A DNA stretch of 50,765 nucleotides from Bacteroides caccae (GCA_963590825.1 CAVAQL010000001.1:6151-56915); one strand, 5' to 3'. Counted from the stretch's first letter, positions 10,846 to 20,751 are shown. A program made the numbers and translations. Notes: generated from the sequence alone by a model not told the origin.

Positions 10846-11451
10846 TTATTTGCCCGAAAGGCGAGTGACCTCAGCAACTTCCCCGACGCAAGCTTCAATA
10901 TCGGCAAGGGCCTCATCAAGATTGGCAAACACAATCCCCTCATCCATCGAATCGACGAGGGCAGGGGTCGCTTCATCGTCTTTGGCTAAGTCGGTGTACC
11001 GTAAAAGCCCAACAAGAGCAGCCTTAACTGAATCGTTGGAATTTTCCGTCAGTTCTGGCCATTGGCAACAAGCCAATAAAACACCATTAGAGAAGGCTCG
11101 TAAAGGCGCTAAGAAGTCGTTGTTTTCTTCGTCTTCAAAGAGGATGGGATCGATTGGTTTGCGGGTAAGGATGGCGTTTTCAAGTTCAGCACCACGCCTA
11201 AAAATGAGTTCTCGTAAAAGGGAGCCGCGATGAACTTTTTCTAAGCGAACGTCGCGTCCTTCAATATCAAGAATGTATCGAAACCACGCCTCAGTCGCAG
11301 GGGGCTTTCTCATCAGTGCAATTGCTGTGAGAAAGCCATCGAGCATATCGGGCTCCATGGGGATAAAGGGATCTGGGACTGAGGCGAGTAGCTCACCTAA
11401 AGTCTCAATCTCGTCCAAACTAAGAGGGGCACGTTTCATAAAGTTTCTCAA
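10846..11451 (-). CDS. YecA/UPF0149 family protein
   Basis: PLSLDEIETLGELL...MLDGFLTAIAL pattern. Start is TTG 11451 (overlapping the ptsI stop) or ATG 11439. Confidence 0.7.
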   Translation of the reverse strand: MRNFMKRAPLSLDEIETLGELLASVPDPFIPMEPDMLDGFLTAIALMRKPPATEAWFRYILDIEGRDVRLEKVHRGSLLRELIFRRGAELENAILTRKPIDPILFEDEENNDFLAPLRAFSNGVLLACCQWPELTENSNDSVKAALVGLLRYTDLAKDDEATPALVDSMDEGIVFANLDEALADIEACVGEVAEVTRLSGK

Positions 11452-13418
11452 AGATTAAGACCAAATGTTGCGACAGCTTCGTTGAGTTTTTCCGCATTTT
11501 TCATTTGCATAATTTTTTTGAGCTCTTTTTCGCACGAGGCGCAATCGGTAGCCAAAATCTTTTCTTTTAATCCCAAAATGCGACCACTTTGCATGGAGAA
11601 GTTGCGCAGCCCAAGGCCCAGTAAGAGTTCGAGCATTTCAGCTTCGCCAGCAATTTCACCGCAAATGTTGACAGGAATTCCTGCGGCTTGCGCAGACTTT
11701 GTCACGTGACGCAACAGGAAAAGCACCGCTGGGTGTCTTGCCGCGTGTAGGTGATTAAAGGAAGGATCGTGACGGCTATTGGCAAGCGTGTGTTGAATCA
11801 GGTCGTTTGTCCCAAGGCTAATGAAACTTACCTTAGGCAAAAAGGCCTGAATCCAAATGGCAGCGGCAGGCACCTCAACCATGATGCCGATGGGGATGTC
11901 TTTCTTATATTTCACGCCACGTTTTTCGAGATCTTCCTCGGCCTTTTTAAGCCGTTCACGCGCAAAATCAATTTCGCTTGGATGCACAACCATTGGGAAA
12001 AGAAGTCGAGCCTCAGAGCCAGCGGCAGCGCGCAAGATGGCTCTGAGTTGTGTATCAAAGAGATCGGGGTGAGATTGGAAGAAGCGCAAACCTCTTTTAC
12101 CCAAACTTAAGGCAATCTTTTCTGTGGTGGTTAAATTGAACTCGTCGCGAGCCGAGGCCTCAAGAATTTTGTCGTCGCCTAAGTCCATTGTACGAAGTAC
12201 CACGGGCTTATTTTTCATTGGGCGAATGACACGACGATACGATTCCAGTTGCTCTTCTTCTGTGGGAAGCGTCTTTCGGTTCATAAAAAGAAATTCGCTT
12301 CGGTAAAGCCCGATTCCTTCGGCTCCAACGTTTACGGCGTCATTGACGTCTTCGGGTAGCGAGACGTTAGCAAAGAGATGGATTTGCACACCATCTTTTG
12401 TTACCGCGGGGGTGGCGCGAAGTTTCTTAAGACGAGCGCGGAGTTTTTTCTCTTCGCGAATTTGTTCTTTGGCAGCATCGAGTGCTTTTTCGTCGGGAAA
12501 AATCGTGACAATGCCATTGGTCGCATCCAGTAGCACAGGGCAATCTGTTTCAACCGCTTCAACAGCTCCAGCTGCGCCCACAATGACGGGAATTTCTAGC
12601 GTGCGAGCAAGAATAGCCGTGTGTGATGTGGCCGAATCCGCTTCCAGAACAAGCCCCGAAAACTCTTCGTCATAACGGCGTTTTAAAACGACGATATCGG
12701 CGGGACTTAATTTTTCCGCAAACAAAATCACGCAATCGTCGCCAATCGAAAGTTCAACGTCATCGCTTAATTGGCGACGTCCTGTGAGAACGCGCTGAAT
12801 CCTATCGAACACATCGCTAATGTCTTCGACGCGTTCGGCTAAATACTCGTCATCGATTTCACTAAATGTTTTGCGCAGTTCTTCAAGCTTAAGTTCAAGA
12901 GCCCACTCGGCGTTGACAAGACGCTCACCAATAATATCTTGTGTGCTCGTAATAAGAGACTCATCGCAAAGAATTTGCAAATGCATTTCAAGAAAGGCAG
13001 TTGCTTCCGCTGGAGTTCCGTCTACGGGGTCATCAACGAGTTTTTCTAATTCTTGTGTGACGGCTGAAAATGCGCCACGCAAACGTAAAGACTCAGAGCG
13101 CACTTTTTGTTTATCAATGGCAAAGTGCGGGATATTGAGCGACCCCGGGGTGCACTTTTGAGCTTTGCCGACGGCAACGCCGGCGTGAATGAGAATGCCG
13201 TGAAATGTCTGCGGACTGGGAGTTGCGGGAGCCTCTTCTTTATTTGTAGCTTCAGGCTTTGCATCGCTTTGTTTGGCAGAAGCTTTTTTTTCTTCCGTGT
13301 TTTCTACTGGCACGGAGTCTTTTTGCGCAGTTGTTTTTTCTTCGGCGCTCGGAGTTGTTGCCGCTTTGGGGGCGGTGTTTTTTTCGTCTGTTACTGGTGT
13401 AGGAATATTGTCAGCCAT
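11448..13418 (-). CDS. ptsI: PTS enzyme I (PEP-protein phosphotransferase) with a low-complexity N-terminal extension
   Basis: TSHTAILAR (phospho-His), GIGLYRSEFLF, RTMDLGDDK, SLGTNDLIQ, CGEIAG. Confidence 0.95.
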   Translation of the reverse strand: MADNIPTPVTDEKNTAPKAATTPSAEEKTTAQKDSVPVENTEEKKASAKQSDAKPEATNKEEAPATPSPQTFHGILIHAGVAVGKAQKCTPGSLNIPHFAIDKQKVRSESLRLRGAFSAVTQELEKLVDDPVDGTPAEATAFLEMHLQILCDESLITSTQDIIGERLVNAEWALELKLEELRKTFSEIDDEYLAERVEDISDVFDRIQRVLTGRRQLSDDVELSIGDDCVILFAEKLSPADIVVLKRRYDEEFSGLVLEADSATSHTAILARTLEIPVIVGAAGAVEAVETDCPVLLDATNGIVTIFPDEKALDAAKEQIREEKKLRARLKKLRATPAVTKDGVQIHLFANVSLPEDVNDAVNVGAEGIGLYRSEFLFMNRKTLPTEEEQLESYRRVIRPMKNKPVVLRTMDLGDDKILEASARDEFNLTTTEKIALSLGKRGLRFFQSHPDLFDTQLRAILRAAAGSEARLLFPMVVHPSEIDFARERLKKAEEDLEKRGVKYKKDIPIGIMVEVPAAAIWIQAFLPKVSFISLGTNDLIQHTLANSRHDPSFNHLHAARHPAVLFLLRHVTKSAQAAGIPVNICGEIAGEAEMLELLLGLGLRNFSMQSGRILGLKEKILATDCASCEKELKKIMQMKNAEKLNEAVATFGLNL

Positions 13419-13420
13419 CG

Positions 13421-13690
13421 CTATTCCTCCTCCCCAAACCGAGAGTCAAACAAAGCCGTAATGGAGTCGCATGCTGCAATCTCATTGACGCCTTCAAATT
13501 CTAGCCGCAAGACATCGTTGTGTTTGGCCCCAAGAGTCATAACGGCAAGAATGGATTTGGCATCGGCGCATTTCTCGCCTTTTTTGATGCGAATCGCGCA
13601 TTCAAAAAGATTGGCGGTTTTCGTCAGAAGCGCAGCGGGACGGGCGTGAAGTCCTAATTGATTTTTGACTGTAACGGTTTTAACAAGCAT
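13421..13690 (-). CDS. ptsH: Phosphocarrier protein HPr
   Basis: GLHARPAA (His15) and DAKSILAVMTL (Ser46). Confidence 0.95.
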   Translation of the reverse strand: MLVKTVTVKNQLGLHARPAALLTKTANLFECAIRIKKGEKCADAKSILAVMTLGAKHNDVLRLEFEGVNEIAACDSITALFDSRFGEEE

Positions 13691-13744
13691 GACGTAAAAG
13701 TTGCGTTTTTTAATGACGTGAGAGATGCCGTAATAGTAGTGCTT

Positions 13745-13769
13745 CTTTGCCCTTAGGCAAAGGGCAAAG
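13745..13769. terminator. Inverted repeat/hairpin between EIIA and ptsH
   Basis: CTTTGCCCTT-aggca-AAGGGCAAAG: 10-bp perfect stem with no clear U-tract. Confidence 0.4.
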
Positions 13770-13810
13770 TGTAAGAGGGCGTGATTTTTTTAAAAGGGGA
13801 GTCTGAACGT

Positions 13811-14224
13811 CTATGCGGATTCGTCAGCTTTTTTTAGCGTGATGCCGTAGCTGCCGGCTTCTTTTACAAGGGCGCAAAGCTGATCGAAGGCCTTATGACG
13901 GTGGCAGACGGCCGTGAGAACCATCGGAAGGTTGACCCCGGTAATCAGAGCCGTGTCGGCGTGACGCAAAAGTTGCTCGGCAATATTGGCCGGAGATGCT
14001 CCGATTACGTCTGTCAAAATAAGAGTTGACATGCGCTCGGGAAGATCTGTGGCAAGTTTTGCACTAATAGAGTCTGCAATCGCCGTTGTGTCAGCGTCTG
14101 GGCTAACATCAACCGCGGTAAGACTACGCAGGGTATGCTCGTCATTACCGTAAACGTGCATGGCGCACTCGCGAAGTGCGGAGGCTAGCGGCGCGTGGGC
14201 GATAATCAAAATAGAATTTGTCAC
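13811..14224 (-). CDS. PTS EIIA component, mannose/fructose family
   Basis: ILIIAHAPLASAL, LILTDVIGASPAN, GVNLPMV; upstream of ptsH-ptsI; GTG start. Confidence 0.9.
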   Translation of the reverse strand: MTNSILIIAHAPLASALRECAMHVYGNDEHTLRSLTAVDVSPDADTTAIADSISAKLATDLPERMSTLILTDVIGASPANIAEQLLRHADTALITGVNLPMVLTAVCHRHKAFDQLCALVKEAGSYGITLKKADESA

Positions 14225-14420
14225 AAAGAACCTTATAAGAATGAATCGGACTTAGATTGTATCGGCTCGAGTCCTGTACCTAGAGGGGCAAAACAGGATT
14301 AAAAATTGTTTAATTTGTGATAACATGCAGCATCTTGCATGGAATTGCTAGTAATTTCCTGCAATTTGTAATTAATGCTTAGACTGACTTTTTCGAAAGC
14401 TTCGTTGTAAGGAAGCCACA

Positions 14421-14792
14421 ATGGCGTTACTTGAGTTCCGTTCTAAGGCCTCAGGGGGCTTTTTTCTGATGTCTGAGACCTTTAAAGAGGTCTGTAAGGT
14501 GCTTTCTCGCCCGTATTCTGAGAGTGGCAGTTGGCCCGTAGAAGATCTTGAAGGCATTCTTCAGACGCTTGAAGCCGAGGTCTCCCGCGAAAAGATTGCT
14601 CGAAAGCGCATTGAGGAGACGATTCGGCAGGAGTCTCTCGCTGGGCGCGACTACGCTTCCTTCGATAAACAAGAAGAGCAGAGGCGTCAATTTGAAAACC
14701 AAGTTAGTTTTGGTATGCGCACCTTCCCTTTGCGAGAGATGCTTGGCGCTGCAATAAAAAAAGGGGTTCCCGTGATGTGGGGAGTGCCTTAA
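14421..14792 (+). CDS. DUF1840-like protein
   Basis: N-terminal LLEFRSKASG and C-terminal R.FPLREML..A......VMWGV pattern. Confidence 0.7.
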   Translation: MALLEFRSKASGGFFLMSETFKEVCKVLSRPYSESGSWPVEDLEGILQTLEAEVSREKIARKRIEETIRQESLAGRDYASFDKQEEQRRQFENQVSFGMRTFPLREMLGAAIKKGVPVMWGVP

Positions 14793-16333
14793 ACGCGCCA
14801 GAAGTCTCGGGTAAATAAGACAAAGACAGTCACAATCTCCAAGCGGCCAACGAGCATACACACGTCGCAAATCCAGAGTTGTGAAAGAGAAAGCGTCCCA
14901 TAATTAAGCGCAGGTCCCACGTTCGCAAGTCCTGGCCCCGTATTCGTCAAACACGCAAAGACAGCCGTAAAGGCCGATGCCACATCAAGGCCGCTCGCAA
15001 TCAGACACAAACTTGCCCCAATTAACGTTGCCGCCCAAAGTAGCACAAAGTTCAGCACCATAAAGACGATGTTATCGGGTATCGGAACGCTATTGATACG
15101 CAATGGAACGACGGCTTTTGGATGCAGTGTTTGTAAAAACCCCCGCGAGAGCTGCTTTAAAAGAATAAGCGCTCGCATCATTTTGATGCCGCCACCGACG
15201 CTACCCGAGCACGGACTAAATGCAGCTAAACACAGCATCAGGGTTGAGGCGGTCACGGGCCAGTGACTGTAATCGGTACTGCTAAAGCCAGTGGTTGAAG
15301 CGACGCTTACGACATTAAAAAGCGCATCAAGGAAAGCGTCTTTTGTCGAGTCGTAGCTTTCGTGATAGAGAAGAATTCCTGTGACAATCAAAACACCAAT
15401 CAAAAGAACAGAAAACCACGCTCGTGCTTCAGGGTCTTGAAAGTACAAAGAGATGCTCTTACGTCGCCAGCAAAGAAAGTGCAAGGTAAAACTTAACCCG
15501 CTAAGAAGCATAAAGACAATGCAGATTAAGTCAATTGTTGGATTTGCCCAATAGGCAAAACTTGCGTCGTGCGAAGAAAATCCGCCGAGACTTACCGTTG
15601 AAAAGGCGTGGACGAGCGCATCAAACCACGTCATGCCGGCAACTTTAAATCCCAAGAGGCAAGTCAGTGTGAGCGCAAAATAAATCCACCAAAGTCCTTT
15701 GGCGGTGCTTGCGATGCGAGGCGTGAGTTTTGTCACTTCAACAGTGGCCCCGATTTCGGTACTTGTGACAGAAGACTTATTTGTCCCGATACCAAACAAG
15801 GGAGAAATCGAAGGAATGGCTTGGCATAAATTGACGAAACGGAAAAGCTGAGAGCCGCCCACGCTCATGAGTGGGAGCAAAGCAATGGCCAAAATAAGGA
15901 TTCCCATTCCGCCAAGCCAACTTAAAAGAGCTCTCCACAAAAGGATGGATTCCGGAAGGTGGTCAACGGAAAAAACCGTAGCGCACGTTGTCGTAATGCC
16001 ACTCATTGCCTCGAAATAGGCCTGAGAAAAAGAAATATCGGGTAAATAAGAAAGAGGCAGTGAAGCAAATAAGGGGAGGATTGTCCAAAGTAGCGTAGCC
16101 AAAAGAAAGCCGTCTCGAGGCAAAAGATCTCGTTTGTCGTGTCGGGTCAAAGCAATAAAGGCAATGCCGCAGGCAAAGGTGGCACTCGCCCCAAAAAGAA
16201 AGCCCGACTGCGCACCGTCATTAAAGCCCATCGAAGCAAAAAGCCCTAAAAACTCAAAGCCGGTAAATAAAAAAAGGACAATCCCCACAATATTGAGGAC
16301 AGGAAAGAGTAGGTAGCGCAGTTTGGCGAACAT
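14789..16333 (-). CDS. trkH: Trk potassium uptake membrane protein TrkH
   Basis: FEAMSGITTTCAT, WLGGMGI, STVSLGGFS, STTGF, GSVGGGIK, TNTGPG, GRLEI. Confidence 0.95.
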   Translation of the reverse strand: MFAKLRYLLFPVLNIVGIVLFLFTGFEFLGLFASMGFNDGAQSGFLFGASATFACGIAFIALTRHDKRDLLPRDGFLLATLLWTILPLFASLPLSYLPDISFSQAYFEAMSGITTTCATVFSVDHLPESILLWRALLSWLGGMGILILAIALLPLMSVGGSQLFRFVNLCQAIPSISPLFGIGTNKSSVTSTEIGATVEVTKLTPRIASTAKGLWWIYFALTLTCLLGFKVAGMTWFDALVHAFSTVSLGGFSSHDASFAYWANPTIDLICIVFMLLSGLSFTLHFLCWRRKSISLYFQDPEARAWFSVLLIGVLIVTGILLYHESYDSTKDAFLDALFNVVSVASTTGFSSTDYSHWPVTASTLMLCLAAFSPCSGSVGGGIKMMRALILLKQLSRGFLQTLHPKAVVPLRINSVPIPDNIVFMVLNFVLLWAATLIGASLCLIASGLDVASAFTAVFACLTNTGPGLANVGPALNYGTLSLSQLWICDVCMLVGRLEIVTVFVLFTRDFWRV

Positions 16334-16341
16334 TGCTTGTC

Positions 16342-17718
16342 TCAGAAGAAACCAACGTCAACAGCAAAGAGAGCCTCAACTTCAGGCAAGAGCTTTTTGT
16401 CAGCTAAAAACACAATGAGGCGGTCATCGGAGGCAATCGTCAGATTTTCCGAAGGCGCCAAAAAGACTTTATCGCGAATAACGCCGCAAAGGCGCACTTT
16501 GTTAGGAAGGCCGATATCGGTGATTTTCTTTCCAATCACGCGTGAAATGCCAGCACTACCGTGGGCAATCACTTCGATTAATTCGGCTTTCCCATGGTGC
16601 AATTCATGAACAGCAGCAATATCTCCTCTGCGCACGTATTGCATCAATTCACTGAGTGTCACTTGTGTTTTTGAGATGATGATATCGATATTCGTGTCGC
16701 GCACAAGGTCAGCAAAAGTCTGATTGTCGACTAGGGCAATGACGCGCTTAGCGCCAAGGCGTTTGGCAAGCAGGGCGCTCATAATATTGGTGTCGTCTTT
16801 TGCGCTTAGGCTCACAAACAGGTCGCATGTATCAATATCCACGTTAGCGAGGTCTTCCTCTTGTAAGTTTGAGCCATTGACGAGTAAGACTCTTTCTGGA
16901 AGGTGTCGCGCGATATCGGTCGCCGTGTCAGCGTCTTTTTCGAGAATCTTGATATTAAAGCGTGTTTGATTTTTTAAAGCTGTTACGACGCGCAAAGCTA
17001 GGTTGGCGTCGCCTGCGATAACCAAATTTTTCGTTTTGGCTTCTTTGGGATGAATAAGAGAAATCGCTTCAAGTACATTGTCCTTGCTGACAAGGGCCAG
17101 CACTTCGTCGCCTGCGAGTAAAGGCGTATTTTCATCCAAAAGGGTGCTATCGCGAAATGCCGCAACGCTCACGATGTTTGCTTGCGTGAGTTTTTCAAGA
17201 AGCAGTTTTCTCTCTAACCCAATAAGGGGGCTCGGTTCTTTTACCGTAAGGGAAATGAGCGTGAGTAGACCACTAGCGAGGTCAACAACTTGATGCGCTT
17301 CAGGAAATTCGATTAGCCGCAGTAATGTGTCAGTGAGCGCCTGCTCAGGCCAAATGGTATCTGTGATGTGAAAGCCTTCTTCGCCAAGAAGAGCAGGATA
17401 GTTGCTTAATTCATTGCGGCGGACTCGTGCAATGCGAGTCGGGACATTAAAAAGCTTGGCCGCCAGGAGCGAAGCCACCAAATTGGTTTCGTCGCTAGCG
17501 GTGACAGCAATCAAAATATCTGTATCTTCAATGCCAGCTTCGCGTAGCACAGCGGGGCTTGCAGCGTCTCCAACAATGCCACGAAGGTCAAAATGTCTTT
17601 GAAGCTGAGAAACACGACTCGCATCGACATCGACAACAGAGATGTCGTTAGATTCGCCAACTAAAGCTTGTGCGACGGCATAGCCAGTATGTCCCGCACC
17701 AAGAATAAGCACTCGCAT
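16342..17718 (-). CDS. trkA: Trk potassium uptake regulatory subunit TrkA
   Basis: Two RCK pairs; LILGAGHTG, AVTASDETN, NIMSALLAKRLGAKRVIALV; adjacent to trkH. Confidence 0.95.
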   Translation of the reverse strand: MRVLILGAGHTGYAVAQALVGESNDISVVDVDASRVSQLQRHFDLRGIVGDAASPAVLREAGIEDTDILIAVTASDETNLVASLLAAKLFNVPTRIARVRRNELSNYPALLGEEGFHITDTIWPEQALTDTLLRLIEFPEAHQVVDLASGLLTLISLTVKEPSPLIGLERKLLLEKLTQANIVSVAAFRDSTLLDENTPLLAGDEVLALVSKDNVLEAISLIHPKEAKTKNLVIAGDANLALRVVTALKNQTRFNIKILEKDADTATDIARHLPERVLLVNGSNLQEEDLANVDIDTCDLFVSLSAKDDTNIMSALLAKRLGAKRVIALVDNQTFADLVRDTNIDIIISKTQVTLSELMQYVRRGDIAAVHELHHGKAELIEVIAHGSAGISRVIGKKITDIGLPNKVRLCGVIRDKVFLAPSENLTIASDDRLIVFLADKKLLPEVEALFAVDVGFF

Positions 17719-17733
17719 GGGGCAAAAGGTTGA

Positions 17734-18429
17734 TTATTTTTTGCGCAAGGCTCTCGCGGCACTCGATGCCCGCGGAATTTCCATGTGTAAAGCCTTGAGT
17801 TTTCGATATAAATGGGTTCGTTCAAGACCAGCGCGTTTGGCAACGCGGGTAATCTGGGAATCCTCGTATTCAATCAGGGTTGCGAAATAGGCGCGCTCTA
17901 AGGACTCGCGAATTTCACGCAATGAGTTATGAAAATCAATCTCGATGTTTGTCCCGGGAACTGTAAATTTTGGCAAGTCGGGATGAACAACGGGCTTTGG
18001 GGGATCAGGCTCCTGGGTTTCGTCAGGAAGATCAGTGCGGTATTTAGCCATAGCCAAGATACGGTTCTTGACTTCGATACCGTGACGCACTGTTTCTAAA
18101 AGTTTTTGCATCGAAATCGGCTTTTCCAAGAAGGAAAGAGAGCCGTACTTCGTCGCCTCAACAGCGGTTTCGATTGTTGCGTGCCCGCTCATCATGATGA
18201 CTTGGCTCGAGAACTGCCTGTTTGATTTCCACTCTTTAAGTAAAGAGACGCCATCCATGTCTGGCATCCAAATGTCGAGCAAAATCAAATCAAAATCGGT
18301 CTGAGCGACTTTTTGTCGGGCGTCCTCAGCATTTTCAGCCTCTTCGACTGTGTAACCCTCATCTGAGAGGATTTCCGAAAGAAGATCTCTGATGCCGATT
18401 TCGTCATCAACAATCAAAATTTTCGCCAT
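17734..18429 (-). CDS. NtrX/PlrR-type response regulator (REC + Fis HTH, no AAA+ domain)
   Basis: ILIVDDE, LLDIWMPDMDG, MMSGH, FLEKP; C-terminal GLERTHLYRKLK. Confidence 0.9.
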   Translation of the reverse strand: MAKILIVDDEIGIRDLLSEILSDEGYTVEEAENAEDARQKVAQTDFDLILLDIWMPDMDGVSLLKEWKSNRQFSSQVIMMSGHATIETAVEATKYGSLSFLEKPISMQKLLETVRHGIEVKNRILAMAKYRTDLPDETQEPDPPKPVVHPDLPKFTVPGTNIEIDFHNSLREIRESLERAYFATLIEYEDSQITRVAKRAGLERTHLYRKLKALHMEIPRASSAARALRKK

Positions 18430-18551
18430 GGCGTGTTACTCTTTGCAGAAAAACAAGACAAAACAAAGTTGTAAAGACATGAACGCTCTAGATAAGCGAA
18501 TTACCTCTTGTGTGATCATACTGCGAAACACGCAAAGGCGCGCGCTAACAT

Positions 18552-18565
18552 TTGACATTGATCAA
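18552..18565. promoter_or_regulatory. Putative FNR-type binding site
   Basis: On the minus strand TTGAT-CAAT-GTCAA, a 9/10 match to TTGAT-N4-ATCAA, in the 149-bp gap upstream of the response regulator. Confidence 0.4.
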
Positions 18566-18578
18566 AGAAAAAAAGGCC

Positions 18579-20738
18579 TTACAGCTCGTTTTTCGAAATT
18601 GGGAAAACAATGTTGACGCGTGCTCCAAGGACGTCTCCTGCCTCAGAGGCTATATTTTCAATGGTAATTTTTGCCTTATGTTCTTCAAGAATTTTCTTTA
18701 CCATGGGTAGCCCTAGACCTGTGCCTGTGGGTTTTGTCGTGATGTAAGGCTCAAAGGCGTGCGCTAAAACATTCGGTTGAAACCCAGGGCCATTGTCTTC
18801 AAGTTTCATTCGCACAGCCGACGTAATTTCCCCGTGAACCACGTTTTCTGTTGTGATGTGAATTTTTGGTGTTTTCGTTTCTGCGCAGGCCTCAATGGAG
18901 TTACCGATGAGATTAAAGAGCACCTGTCGCAGTTGCGCGGCGTCGGCCTCAATGGCAGAAAGATTTTTGTCGAAACTTGCGCTGATGCTGACCCCTCCTG
19001 AATGATAGAAGGCAATCATTTCCTCAATCAGTTCATTTAAATTGAGACTTTGTAAGGTTGGAGTCGGGAGTTTGGCGAAGTCTCGGAAGTCGTTGACCAT
19101 CTTTTTCATAGCGTCGACCTGAGTGACAATGGTCGATGTGGCGCGCGTTAAAAGAGCGGCATCTGTCGGGGCAAGCTTATCGGTCAGCTTCATCGCTAAG
19201 CGCTCAGCGGCCAAACGAATCGGCGTTAAGGGGTTCTTAATTTCATGCGCTAAGCGTCGAGCAACTTCGTTCCAGGCTTGCGCTTTTTGTGCGTCAATCA
19301 GCGGCGAGACATTATCAAAAGCAACGACCCAACCGATGGTGCCCTCGAGTTCAAGGCGAGATCCGCGGATAAAAAGAGCGATGCTCGGATCAGGCTGTCG
19401 AGATAGTTCAAAGTCAACGTGAAAGTTCCCCGTATCGGCCACTTGAATTTGATCGGCAATCACTTCACAGAGTTTTGGTTCAATGTTGGCAAGTCGCTCT
19501 CCAGGCGTGAATCGGGAGGGCGCCAAAATGGCATTGGCTCCTGTGTTAGCCATCAAAATACAAAGCGACTCATCGAGCACAAGGACGCCAGCGGAAATGT
19601 TCGAGAGCACACTCGCGAGATAAGCACGACTTCGCTCGGTAGCAAGTCGTTGACTTTCCGCAATTTTCTGAGCTTCTGCAATCTGAGCAACCATCGAGTT
19701 GAAGGATTGCGTTAGGGCGTTGATTTCATCGTTACCAGCAAACTCGCGAATCGGAGCGAGATTGCCTTCAGCGACTTTTTTCGTGCCTGTTGCTAGTTGC
19801 ATGACGGGCTCAGTCATCGTTCGGGCAAACCAAAGTGCCAAGGCGATGGCAGCCAGTAGCGTTAATAACATTGTCAGCGTTAAAGAGACACGATAAATGG
19901 TCTGCAAGGAATTTCGCGTCAGCGTCAGCTCTTGATAGTCTCGGTACCCTTCAACGAGCTCTCGAGCTCCTTGCGCAAACTTTGGAGGAACCGCATTGGA
20001 AAACTGCAAAAAGTAGTTTTCTGCGAGTGTCTTTTCTGGATAAACAGGGACGATGGTTCGGATTCTCATCGGATCTTCGTGTGTGGAAGGCTCGCCTTCG
20101 AGAAGAGAAAAGCCACTGCGGGCTAAAGAATCGTGCAGTTCAGAAGCAAGGGGGATATCGACTTTAACCTGAGAATCTGGAGAAATGGAGGAATTGGTGA
20201 TGACGCCTTGCGCATTAAAGATAAGAGCAACGTTTGCTTCGAAATCCTCGCGAAGCTTATCGAGCGCAGCGTCCCATTTTTTCTGTGGGACGTCTGTTAA
20301 GTAGAGAGCGGCCCTGCGTGAGAAAAAGAGCAGGCGATTGCGTTCATTTTCAAGAATATCGCTCGAAAGTGTGACGCCTTCTTCTAGGGCGTGCTCGATA
20401 CGGGCATCAAACCACGAATCAATTGAGCGGCCAATAAATTGAGCGGAAACCAAATAAAGCAGAAGGCAGGGGACAATGGCAATGGCGGAGATTGTTAGCG
20501 CAAGGCGCGATGCCATTCGTGAGCCAAATTCGTGAGCCTTCCACCGGAAAAAAAGCTTGCCACACAAGCGCAAAACAATGCATAAAAGAATGAATGTCGT
20601 GCAAACGTTAAGCGCAAGCAAAGCGGGAAAAAAACGCCCAAGCCCCGTGGAGGCGGCTCCTCCTGCAACTGCGTGAATGAGGAGCAACACACCAACGACA
20701 ACGGTACAAATGAAACCAAGACGAAGCCACCGTTGCAT
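18579..20738 (-). CDS. NtrY/PlrS-type sensor histidine kinase (TM, HAMP, PAS, HisKA, HATPase)
   Basis: SIDSWFD, AWNEVARRLAHEIKNPLTPIRLAAERL, DNGPG, TKPTGTGLGL. Confidence 0.93.
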   Translation of the reverse strand: MQRWLRLGFICTVVVGVLLLIHAVAGGAASTGLGRFFPALLALNVCTTFILLCIVLRLCGKLFFRWKAHEFGSRMASRLALTISAIAIVPCLLLYLVSAQFIGRSIDSWFDARIEHALEEGVTLSSDILENERNRLLFFSRRAALYLTDVPQKKWDAALDKLREDFEANVALIFNAQGVITNSSISPDSQVKVDIPLASELHDSLARSGFSLLEGEPSTHEDPMRIRTIVPVYPEKTLAENYFLQFSNAVPPKFAQGARELVEGYRDYQELTLTRNSLQTIYRVSLTLTMLLTLLAAIALALWFARTMTEPVMQLATGTKKVAEGNLAPIREFAGNDEINALTQSFNSMVAQIAEAQKIAESQRLATERSRAYLASVLSNISAGVLVLDESLCILMANTGANAILAPSRFTPGERLANIEPKLCEVIADQIQVADTGNFHVDFELSRQPDPSIALFIRGSRLELEGTIGWVVAFDNVSPLIDAQKAQAWNEVARRLAHEIKNPLTPIRLAAERLAMKLTDKLAPTDAALLTRATSTIVTQVDAMKKMVNDFRDFAKLPTPTLQSLNLNELIEEMIAFYHSGGVSISASFDKNLSAIEADAAQLRQVLFNLIGNSIEACAETKTPKIHITTENVVHGEITSAVRMKLEDNGPGFQPNVLAHAFEPYITTKPTGTGLGLPMVKKILEEHKAKITIENIASEAGDVLGARVNIVFPISKNEL

Positions 20739-20751
20739 CGTGCTTACCTCG

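Noticed and set aside
14341..14359. Near-palindrome GGAATTGCTAGTAATTTCC between EIIA and the DUF1840-like gene
   Set aside because: AT-rich and imperfect, with no recognisable regulator consensus.
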